Source: Candidatus Moraniibacteriota bacterium
Lineage (GTDB): Bacteria > Patescibacteriota > Minisyncoccia > Moranbacterales > UBA11712
Length of the DNA: 64,000 bases
Direction: 5' to 3'
Assembly (NCBI GenBank): GCA_028695025.1
Contig: JAQVJV010000003.1
Coordinates: 637-64,636 of the forward strand
Part shown: in pieces, positions 28,201-33,536 of the stretch
How the letters are laid out: every line of letters begins with the position of its first letter
Numbering within the stretch: position 1 is the stretch's first letter
The notes under the pieces: model-generated
Databases searched by the model: none
What the model was told of the DNA's origin: nothing
The model's input: the letters and a program-made list of their open reading frames with translations, nothing else
Position numbers and translations under genes: made by a program

Positions 28201-29447
28201 AAGCGGACATCGTATTCTCCGTTGGTGAGTTCCTTGTTCTGGCTGTCCATCAAGTAGGCGGATATTTCGATGTCACCCGGATGCGCTTCAAGGATTTGAT
28301 CGCCGGTTTCGGCCGCTAAGACCAAACCTTTATTGTTTTCCTGTCCACTGCCGCCGGAAGTTTCAGATAATTCATTCACAGCCTCAACTCCCGCGACTTG
28401 TCCCTTGTCCTCTTCATTACTGCCGGTAAGACGCAAACCTGACTTCTCTTCAAACTCTTGTACTTTCTGATGGCGGAACGCATCCTTCGCAAGTTCCGCG
28501 AACTTGTCGGCGCCTACTTTCAGCTGATCCACATTTTCTGCGACCTGGCTTCCCGCAAAACCAGCGACTTTGGAAAGCGCATCCACCCCGCGGTTATATG
28601 AAGCGTAAATTTTTTTCTCGCCCAGGTTTTCCCAATAGGCGAGATCCTTTGAAGTTATGTTACCGACTGCCATCAAAACGACCAGTAAGATGAAAGCCAA
28701 AGCCGGTTTCAAATTGTTGGATGAAAATTCCCGCAGGCTCGCCGACTCGATTTTTTTTCTCAAATCGAACTTCCTGATATTGATCTTATTGGGTTCCCCG
28801 ATCTTGGAAAGTTTAGAAAAACTTTTCTTGATCCCGGCCAGCGCTCCCGCGGACAACCGGCGCAACTCTTCCCAAACAATATCACCTTGAACTTCGCCCC
28901 GGTTTTCGGAAACGGTTTTTTCAATTTCAGCCGGTCCGGAAACAACGCTTCCTTTCTTTTCCGCCTCATCCGTTTTTGCGATTTTGGCGGCGGGCGCTTC
29001 CTTGGGAGAGTTGAGGGAAATGGAATCGCTTTTCAAGAATTCTCTCAACTCCGCTTTTCTTGCCTCGACTTCATCAACCGCGGCTTCCGGAATGGAAATT
29101 TCTTTTGCCGAAATTTTTTCTTCTTTCTTCTCCGCCGCACCTTCTTTTCCGCCGAGTTCTTTCGAAAGCCTTTCTTTGTATTTTTTCTTTTTTTCCTGGG
29201 ACGCTTTTGTGAACTCATTAAGCCATTCTTCGGTCGTATGCCATACGCCTTTTATTTTCTCCGCCTTGAGTTTCCCCTGCCGCGCGGAAAAGTTTATGTA
29301 GTTTTTCGAGTACGCTGAAGTCTTCGCGATTTCAGATAGCGGGATAAAATTCGTCTCTTGTCCGTCTTTTTCAGAAAGCAAAAAACGGCCCTTTTCGGAA
29401 GCGTTTTTGGAATTGATTTTCGGTTTTTTTGTTTCTGTCTTTTTCAT
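19299..29447 (-). CDS. 3382-aa membrane-anchored giant tail-fibre-like protein: cytoplasmic HTH_17 (excisionase-family) N-terminus, single TM, phage-tail-fibre repeat arrays, C-terminal Peptidase_S74 intramolecular chaperone domain and coiled coil
   Basis: The N-terminus FIPLSEIAKTSAYSKNYINFSARQGKLKAEKIKGVWHTTEEWLNEF fits the HTH_17 consensus (…GeL.a.kiGgrWri…). A TM helix follows at LKPALAFILLVVLMAVGN. The extracellular part has dozens of NGTNVGIGTT(S/N)P…L.V.G repeats plus a block of 20-aa NTTGYNNTALGxxSLYS repeats (Phage_fiber_2-like). The C-terminal SDVRMKKDIESMDSALDKVMALDPVTFHMK…HAGFIAQDVEKISPELV matches the S74 autoproteolytic chaperone, followed by a Q-rich coiled coil. Confidence 0.85.
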   Translation of the reverse strand: MKKTETKKPKINSKNASEKGRFLLSEKDGQETNFIPLSEIAKTSAYSKNYINFSARQGKLKAEKIKGVWHTTEEWLNEFTKASQEKKKKYKERLSKELGGKEGAAEKKEEKISAKEISIPEAAVDEVEARKAELREFLKSDSISLNSPKEAPAAKIAKTDEAEKKGSVVSGPAEIEKTVSENRGEVQGDIVWEELRRLSAGALAGIKKSFSKLSKIGEPNKINIRKFDLRKKIESASLREFSSNNLKPALAFILLVVLMAVGNITSKDLAYWENLGEKKIYASYNRGVDALSKVAGFAGSQVAENVDQLKVGADKFAELAKDAFRHQKVQEFEEKSGLRLTGSNEEDKGQVAGVEAVNELSETSGGSGQENNKGLVLAAETGDQILEAHPGDIEISAYLMDSQNKELTNGEYDVRFSIYTADRTESDPYPSDTDAGTRIWEETRKVAVENGLLDVYLGEANPLPNLNFAAENYFVGIRVGEDAEMIPRKRIGAVPLARTAMNIAGQTIGNAAGSIPLSNGILNVNLNAELLGGHKASYFQAAGNYQAAGDYDNYVSWKLQTSATDAGVQIKTKKGAIFEGADGIATSRNLNTLTISPVYGSSNNTVAEGSTPIVVNTAGNLTGGGTGTAGGGISLTLNTVASPTFTDITANGNININSSNNLIFGGTTSLGEATSAIDSGAYMVGAFTGGFTNSSSANVQEVLADLDTAISSGGPGTIWSLAGGAIFPTDGTNGLAVGTANQFQVTNAGAVTAATYNGVTLSGNGTIVTGSGSYTFTLAGNASISGANTGDQNLWATINSQSGNTTANSTTDTLTINGGGIATTAISGDTLTITATEADTLATVTGRGASTTNQLSFNYNSGAPFTVLNSTEITNLNANYLQGHDASYFQTALTNPVTGTGTNGYVAVWNGTNSITSQQYLNVSQGGTGAGTFSSNYLLKGNGTSAISSSVIYDNGTNVGIGTTSVGTYKLNVNGTGNFTALTISGSTVSADTAQAYVSSALSTGLLKVTTGTGALSTATAGTDYVAGGTGSQYQVSYFSGQGIITGSDNFYFNGTNVGIGTTGVGTYRVNVNGSLNATGYYAGGTAGASQTTGGLTFTNGLYTAGTLATGLPANGSITGQTLYWNGSAWTANANLFNDGTNVGIGTTNPSQKLDVAGNVRIGGSANIISNLTVGGNGEFTGNITAANFTGSSSGANTGDQNLWATINSQSGNTTANSTTDTLTINGGGIATTAISGDTLTITATEADTLATVTGRGASTTNQLSFNYNSGAPFTVLNSTEITNLNANYLQGHDASYFQTALTNPVTGTGTNGYVAVWNGTNSITSQQYLNVSQGGTGAGTFSSNYLLKGNGTSAISSSVIYDNGTNVGIGTTSVGTYKLNVNGTGNFTALTISGSTVSADTAQAYVSSALSTGLLKVTTGTGALSTATAGTDYVAGGTGSQYQVSYFSGQGIITGSDNFYFNGTNVGIGTTSPNTKLDVFGVHITGIGVARFKATNASTYVTIDTTGTGGESTLRFKTNGTDKGAVGYLDSTGNVAIYNAAATPDPIEWLSVNVASGNVGIGTSSPSERLHVYDGNIAIDSVADQGLVFKDNGANEWHMNRYDSNNSFNIVESGVSERLTILSGGSVGIGTTNPLALLSVGATSQFQVNSSGNVTGGTYNGNTITTGTGTLTLGSNTLSVGTSGTAAVGTGLANYVTRWTGTNTISSGVIYDNGTNVGIGSASPSAKLFVNGDLLVQSANGRIWGISGLTSGHTVNFQYGGDSYNKIETTYGSNAIFRSFHGLQFTGGSSNTEVARIGMDYGGINSYFRGNVGIGTTNPNYKLEVNGGMYATTYNGVTLSGSGTINTGSYTLTIPATGTAALGTGTQNYLARWTDANTLSIGSIYDNGTNVGIGTTSVGTYKLNVNGSLNAASYYMNGTALALTTAGTYTGQTLYWNNSTTQWTPTGNLFNNGTNVGIGTTSPTGLFQVGIGATTPFFVSATTGNVGIGTTSPSSLFEVRGDTAAVLNVTRGGNVGIGNTNPTHIFDTRGSVSDYIGYFYNSSTNAAAAGLYVRSDGTGNLLTLNYAGTDLLTVSSSQAIFNVPTTFNSMGDVSMAYDFYMTNTTAGYIKFNGPGYIQTESASENLNLYLSAANSGYVILNDSAQSQTITPMTNDTYDLGSNSYRFANLWLGGDTIHLGASAAAETWMSYDATNSRFNLGVGATGGAPVVTVNSSGNVGIGTTNPTSKFVIGADVFTVSSSGNVTGGTYNGNTITTGTGTLTLGSNTLSVGTSGTAVVGTGLANYVARWNGTNTLSTGSIYDNGTNVGIGTTAIGTYRLNVNGTINATNLSIGGTSVAITQAGTYTGQTLYWNNSTTQWTPTGNLFNNGTNVGIGTTSPTALLTMQSTSSYESAPLSSELLSAGDTWGTTNWTGDFASGFTHTTGYTDALTDTTVVPTTNYLYQISYTVTGRTAGTFTISFGSESKGGLYSTGTWGPKATGTGTLSITPTSDFNGTIVISIKRITGTYSPTYVLNDSTGTSALEIRSSTASLANTFIGRYGGRYNTTGYNNTALGYQSLYCNTTGYSNTALGTYSLYCNTTGYNNTALGVNSLYSNTTGYNNTALGYQSLYSNTTGYSNTSLGTSSLYSNTTGYQNVALGVNSLYSNTTGYYNTALGVNSLQYNTTGYNNTALGVNSLYSNTTGYNNTALGYYSGRYISGGGNNQTSYSSLYLGYDTRALADGDTNEIVIGASAIGAGSNSVTLGNTSITKTILQGNVGIGTTNPQRLLHVNGTSRFDSYLLLNSGETNSGLIGSSDLIGTTGGASDDVTLRSASDIYFRVSNSAALGAMIQATSGNVGIGTTTPGAKLYVNDNSVDISSASRFLTVSDLKTSGTLTGDHYAVSFRANATNYSNQNGHALNLWALDGVVTNPAGYTATSITGVRGYVIGTHTSGTVNNAYGVVGNIEQQGSGGTISDARALYARVSATGTVTNSYGLYIDSIGGTNTWGVYQYSSSNKNYFAGNVGIGTTAPGYKLEVYTGTATGYVVTSDGTWGSTSDVRMKKDIESMDSALDKVMALDPVTFHMKSEDSSDPLHAGFIAQDVEKISPELVSTNASGYKGLSYAMFTPMLTKAIQEQQAMINEQGSTISDQQLQIESQSTSVAELQTAVNDKLNIVGTAISDQQLQISTLQSQLADAETRLTESENNLLAFETSVNDTLGAMIETEKTLTARVFDHEDRIKDLEDKLATMTVTAGGEIPENIVTTDEDGNVKLAGLFEAKVVQAEKVKADETVAGAYSVKNDEDAPTVGDGTVLSVKKDDDNDGWDDITKVDGKSARVETAAVTETAKIFVSFEGDPGSRYWIEKIRDAETGRLTGEFSVNVLEAIAQDIKFSWFIVEEK
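21365..21835. repeat. Tandem 60-bp repeat, ~8 copies, encoding 20-aa Phage_fiber_2-like units (NTTGYNNTALGxxSLYS)
   Basis: Seen in the sequence: units of TCCCAGGGCGGTGTTATTGTATCCGGTGGTGTTGGAGTAGAGGGAATTCAC with minor variation. It lies inside the giant gene, is in frame, and has no spacers. Confidence 0.8.
25036..25880. repeat. Copy 1 of a ~845-bp perfect direct repeat inside the giant gene (period 1227 bp)
   Basis: Identical nucleotide blocks at 25036..25880 and 26263..27107. Encoded peptides in the ORF track, including antisense ones, are identical (for example 25122..25379 equals 26349..26606). Confidence 0.8.
26263..27107. repeat. Copy 2 of the ~845-bp perfect direct repeat inside the giant gene
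   Basis: See copy 1. On the minus strand both copies encode GANTGDQNLWATINSQSGNTTANSTTDTLTINGGGIATTAISGDTLTITATEADTLATVTGRGASTTNQLSFNYNSGAPFTVLNSTEITNLNANYLQGHDASYFQ…. Confidence 0.8.
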
Positions 29448-29747
29448 CCCTTGTTAATTCCCTTTTTTATCAGATTTAACCGCTGTATTTATTGGAAAAA
29501 TCGCCTTTTTCTTTTTTATTTTTATTCCCCAGTTTTTTGCGGCTGTTATTTGCTTTATATAAGAGATATAACACTTTATATAATAATTATATTTTTACTA
29601 AAAAATGGCGCAAATGATTTCGCAAAAAGACAGCCTCTTTTTTTAATACAAACCAATTTAGTGAAATTAGCGTATTTGGTTATTGTTTTTCTGGAAAATT
29701 ATTTCTTATTTTTATAAAATTTTAATAATATTTACTTAAGTAAAATA

Positions 29748-29795
29748 AAAACCGATATTTATTTTATATCGATCTTTTTCAAAAATATCGGTTTT
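29748..29795 (-). terminator. Perfect 13-bp inverted repeat (AAAACCGATATTT … AAATATCGGTTTT) flanked by A/T runs, between the ABC operon and the giant gene; candidate terminator or operator
   Basis: Seen in the sequence. The stem is AT-rich, so stability is modest, and it sits in a ~590-bp AT-rich region upstream of the giant gene. Confidence 0.3.
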
Positions 29796-29960
29796 TATTA
29801 AAACACTACTTATCGGATTTCTTATATTTTATTTTATTTATAATTTCGGAGAAACAACCCATCTGATATTTCTATAAAAAATTATTTGCTACAAAAAAAT
29901 TTTGTCAAATCGCCTCAAAAAAATTCGCCGGGAAATATAGTTATCCACAGTTAATTTCAG

Positions 29961-30033
29961 CGAACAGTGAAGAAAGATCGATGAACAATATTTCGCGATT
30001 GATCACTGTTCGCTGATCATTGTTCATCGATCG
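29961..30033 (-). promoter_or_regulatory. Two interleaved perfect inverted repeats immediately 3' of the 216-aa gene stop (CGAACAGTGA/TCACTGTTCG and GATCGATGAACAAT/ATTGTTCATCGATC)
   Basis: Seen in the sequence. The arms are arranged A1-B1-A2-B2, so the hairpins are mutually exclusive or form a pseudoknot. They abut the stop at 30034, and no clean U-tract follows. Confidence 0.3.
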
Positions 30034-30684
30034 TTATCTCTTCGCCCAGCCGAACATCTGGCCGAAAGCGTCGCTCAAAAGATCGAAGATGGAAACGTTC
30101 GGCGCTCCGGTATAGAAAGCGAGCTTTCCGGATTCCGCAAAATTCCCCCATTTGTCTTTTGCGTTCACGACATATGAGTAGGAAGTGCTGTAATTCAATT
30201 TGGTTATTTCGGCGCTATGCACGAATCCATAACCGTCTTCGGAAATTATTTTTCCCTCCGTCTGCCCTTCGCGCATATACTCGATCGAAGAGAGGCACGG
30301 CTTGTTGGTCGTCCAGCTCAAAAGGAACCGGACTTCTTCATCTGTTTTGGTCATCAAAAGTTCTGAGCGCAAATCTTCGATTTCGGGAGCGAGCGACTGC
30401 TGGCCTGACGGAACCGTAATGGCCGCTCCTCCGAAATTGATGTGCGGCGTCCGGAAGTTTTCACTTGAAAAAGAATTTGTCGCATTTTGATTCTCCTCTT
30501 CGCCCAAGACGGATCCGCTCGGACTTTGCTCGTTTGAAATACTGGCCGTTTCCACGTTCGTTTTCTTCTCAATATATTTTGAATAAAGGTACGGAGAAAA
30601 ATATCCGAGTGAAAATATGATCGTGGCCAGGAGCGCGTATTTTGAAAATTTTTTTAATTTCATAAATCCTGAATTATAAATCAA
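30034..30684 (-). CDS. Membrane-anchored small secreted protein with a purple-acid-phosphatase-N-terminal-like (FN3) domain
   Basis: N-terminal anchor KYALLATIIFSLGYF. The C-terminal VRFLLSWTTNKPCLSSIEYMREGQTEGKI…HSAEITKLNYSTSYSYVV resembles the Pur_ac_phosph_N beta-sandwich. The start may be the internal Met (MKLKKF…). Confidence 0.6.
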   Translation of the reverse strand: MIYNSGFMKLKKFSKYALLATIIFSLGYFSPYLYSKYIEKKTNVETASISNEQSPSGSVLGEEENQNATNSFSSENFRTPHINFGGAAITVPSGQQSLAPEIEDLRSELLMTKTDEEVRFLLSWTTNKPCLSSIEYMREGQTEGKIISEDGYGFVHSAEITKLNYSTSYSYVVNAKDKWGNFAESGKLAFYTGAPNVSIFDLLSDAFGQMFGWAKR

Positions 30685-30686
30685 AT

Positions 30687-31865
30687 TTATCGCGAGCTCA
30701 AAGCCTCAAGCGGATCAAGCGAACTCGCCCGTTTGGCCGGACCGATCCCGGTCGCGAACCCGATCACGATCGAGAACAGCAGGATGAATCCCAAAAACCA
30801 CAAAGGATAAGCAAAGAGATCCATCGGCTTCCCGCCGAAATATTTGGCCGCCAGATTGACGATTATATTCACCGCCTGCCCCGACAAAAATCCAAAAAAC
30901 AAACCGGCCAGCCCGCCGCAAAGGCCCATGAGCGTTGATTCAATCACGAATAGAGAAAGAATATCCGTTTTCGAAGCGCCGATTGAGCGCATGATCCCGA
31001 TCTCATTTGTCCTTTCAAGAAGAGTGACCGTCATCGTGTTGAACATTCCGATCGCGGAAACGGCAAGAGTGATGATTCCGAACAAGCCCAGAATGATATT
31101 CACAACACGGAAAAGCTTGTTTACCTCCGCCACCGTTTCCGAAAGGGATGAAACCGTGAAGCCTATTCCGGAAATTTTTTCTTTCACGGAATCCATCACC
31201 TCGCTCGATCGGCATCCCACCTTCGCTTTGGCATACTGCAAACCGCCGGGGAGGTTTAGGTTATCCGGAAGGACGTAGAAAATCGTGTCCTCCCCTTCAA
31301 CAACTCCCGCTATTGCAAAATCAGGCTCATCGATATTGGAACTGCCCTTCCCAGCCGGGGAAAGCAGCGTGAAAGATATCTTCTGGCCGGCCAATTCTTC
31401 CGGATTTTTTCCAAGCGTTTTCCCGATGGCCGCAGTCACCAAAATTTCCTTGGAACTGCTTTTGCCAAGCATTTCTCCTGAAAACACTTTGAGCCCCTCA
31501 AGATTGAGATACCCGAGGGTCGCCACCTCCGCCCGCGAATCAAGGCTTGTATCGCCCAGCGACATCCGCGAATTGAAATTGAAGCTGGTCTCCACGCCGG
31601 AGACGCCTTCTATTTTTTTCATTTCATCAATAGCTTGGCCCGTCAAAAAAATTGCGTCCTGCTCGTTGGGAGAAACGTCAAGCGAGGTGAGCGCCCCGGA
31701 AGCAGTGATTGTCTCAAGAAGGGCGTCCTGGAGGCCGTACCCGAGCGAAACCAAAAACAGGATCGCGCCAAATCCGATCCCCATACCTAAAACCGTGAGG
31801 ATGGTCCTCCCTCTTCGGGCCGTGAACATGCGGGTGGAAAGTTTGAGTATATCGCGGGCAGTCAT
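30687..31865 (-). CDS. ABC transporter permease, MacB/FtsX family, with a large extracytoplasmic domain
   Basis: TM1 is followed by a ~200-aa periplasmic domain and then three C-terminal TMs of the FtsX pattern (…ERTNEIGIMRSIGASKTDILSLFVIESTLMGLCGGLAGL…). It lies immediately downstream of the ATPase gene. Confidence 0.8.
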   Translation of the reverse strand: MTARDILKLSTRMFTARRGRTILTVLGMGIGFGAILFLVSLGYGLQDALLETITASGALTSLDVSPNEQDAIFLTGQAIDEMKKIEGVSGVETSFNFNSRMSLGDTSLDSRAEVATLGYLNLEGLKVFSGEMLGKSSSKEILVTAAIGKTLGKNPEELAGQKISFTLLSPAGKGSSNIDEPDFAIAGVVEGEDTIFYVLPDNLNLPGGLQYAKAKVGCRSSEVMDSVKEKISGIGFTVSSLSETVAEVNKLFRVVNIILGLFGIITLAVSAIGMFNTMTVTLLERTNEIGIMRSIGASKTDILSLFVIESTLMGLCGGLAGLFFGFLSGQAVNIIVNLAAKYFGGKPMDLFAYPLWFLGFILLFSIVIGFATGIGPAKRASSLDPLEALSSR

Positions 31866-31880
31866 AGAAAAGTTTAAAAA

Positions 31881-33488
31881 TTACATAGAATATCTCGCCA
31901 GCATGATGATCTCCATCTCCCGCGCCACTTTCACCGCCGTGCGCCGGTCAAGCCCCACCCCGCCTTTCATGACCGGTCGGTCGGCAAGATCAAGGAATTC
32001 ATCCATATTAAGCTCGTTCATGAGGCGCATCTTTACATATTCCACGAATTTCGTCTTTTCCATATCTTCCATTCTCAACTTGAATTTTTCAATCAGATAA
32101 TCGGAAATATCCTTCGTCGATATTTCAATATTCCCGAAATCAATTTTTTTTACCTGATCGAAAATTTCCCGCACGCCTTCGACCAGTTTTTTAGCCTGAT
32201 ACTTGTCCCACCCCGCTCCGCCCTTTTCCTCTGATTCAGCAAGCCTTTTTTCCAAATCTTCTGCGGTTATTCCTCCTGCGATATAATCCTGAAAAATCTT
32301 TTTAGCTTCATTCAGCTGGGCGTCAGGAATATGGAAAAAGACATGGGAAAATATTTGCTGGGCCTTGAAAGGAATGAGCAATGTCCCGAGCTGGTCCGGC
32401 GTCAGATTGCGAAATGATTGCATAAGGGCCAACAGTTCCGGAGCAATTTTTTCTTTGCGCCGCTCTCCCAGCTCGCTTTTTTTCACCAGCTCGTATTCTC
32501 CGCCCAATTCCCAGTCTTCTCCCAATTTCCCTTCCTTGAAAGCTTTCCAGGCCTTGGCAAGTTCGTCCTTTTTCACCAATTCCCATTCCTGATCGAGCTG
32601 TCCTTTCTGATGAAGCTCCCAGGCTTTGCCCAATGTCCCTTTCTTGAAAGCCGCCCATTCTTCATCCATTTTCTGTTTTTCCTTGAGATATTTTTCGTCT
32701 ATTTCCACTCCCGGCTTCTTTTTGTCCATGACCTCGACCACTTTGGTAACTTTTCCGTCCTGCATATGTATCACCTTGTCGCCGTATTCCAGATGAGTCG
32801 GATCATGGGTTACCAGAATGACCAATTTTTTATCCACTTCGTTGAGTTCCTTGAGGATGGTAAGCACGTTATACGTCGCTTTGGAATCCAGGTTTCCCAC
32901 CGGCTCGTCGGCAACGATTATGGCCGGGCTGTTGATGAGCGACCGCGCAATAGCCACCCTTTGCCTTTGCCCGCCGGAAAGGTCGGCCGGAAACTTTTCG
33001 CCTTGCGCTTCGATCCCGAATCTTTTGAGGAGATTCAAAGCGTCTTTTTTTCTGGTCTCGGGATCATCATTGACAAAAGCCCGTGGAAGACAAACGTTAT
33101 CGGCTATCGACAGTGTGGGAACCAGATAGAACGATTGGAAAATCATACCGACTTTGCGCCGATGATATTCCAGCTTGTCCTTTTCCGTGAAGGCCGATAT
33201 GTCCCGGCCGTCAACCTCCACTTTTCCGCTTGTCGGCGGAAGCAGCCCGGAAATGACGTTGAGAAGCGTGGACTTCCCGCAACCGGAAGGCCCGAAAAGG
33301 ATCACGTATTCATGGGGATAAAATTCAAGGTTGATATTCTCCAGGGTATGCGCTTCATTCAATTTTCCCCGATTGAAAATAATATTCAGGTTTTCGATTT
33401 TGATAAGGGGCTTCAATGTTTCATTCATGACTATTAGTATATCATAAAAATTATTTTTACCGGAAAAGAAAAACAAAAAAAATCCCAT
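31881..33488 (-). CDS. ABC transporter ATP-binding protein (MacB/LolD-like) with a ~280-aa non-canonical C-terminal extension containing Trp-centred 12-aa repeats
   Basis: Walker A GPSGCGKST; ABC signature LSGGQRQRVAIARSL; Walker B IIVADEPVGNLD; H-loop VTHD. After about aa 255 the sequence is repeats LGKAWELHQKG / QLDQEWELVKKD / ELAKAWKAFKEG / KLGEDWELGGEY followed by an uncharacterised helical domain. Confidence 0.8.
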   Translation of the reverse strand: MGFFLFFFSGKNNFYDILIVMNETLKPLIKIENLNIIFNRGKLNEAHTLENINLEFYPHEYVILFGPSGCGKSTLLNVISGLLPPTSGKVEVDGRDISAFTEKDKLEYHRRKVGMIFQSFYLVPTLSIADNVCLPRAFVNDDPETRKKDALNLLKRFGIEAQGEKFPADLSGGQRQRVAIARSLINSPAIIVADEPVGNLDSKATYNVLTILKELNEVDKKLVILVTHDPTHLEYGDKVIHMQDGKVTKVVEVMDKKKPGVEIDEKYLKEKQKMDEEWAAFKKGTLGKAWELHQKGQLDQEWELVKKDELAKAWKAFKEGKLGEDWELGGEYELVKKSELGERRKEKIAPELLALMQSFRNLTPDQLGTLLIPFKAQQIFSHVFFHIPDAQLNEAKKIFQDYIAGGITAEDLEKRLAESEEKGGAGWDKYQAKKLVEGVREIFDQVKKIDFGNIEISTKDISDYLIEKFKLRMEDMEKTKFVEYVKMRLMNELNMDEFLDLADRPVMKGGVGLDRRTAVKVAREMEIIMLARYSM

Positions 33489-33536
33489 ACGGGACTTGCT
33501 AAAATTATCCGCTTAATTTTGAATTTCCCTGGAGAC

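Noticed and set aside
19299-29447. Prophage or phage-derived region suggested by the tail-fibre and S74 domains
   Set aside because: No capsid, portal, terminase, tape-measure, baseplate, integrase or lysis genes occur anywhere in the 64 kb. The protein has a cytoplasmic domain and a TM anchor, which argues for a domesticated cellular fibre.
32418-33437. 339-aa plus-strand ORF
   Set aside because: Antisense to the ABC ATPase, whose Walker/signature motifs are unambiguous on the minus strand.
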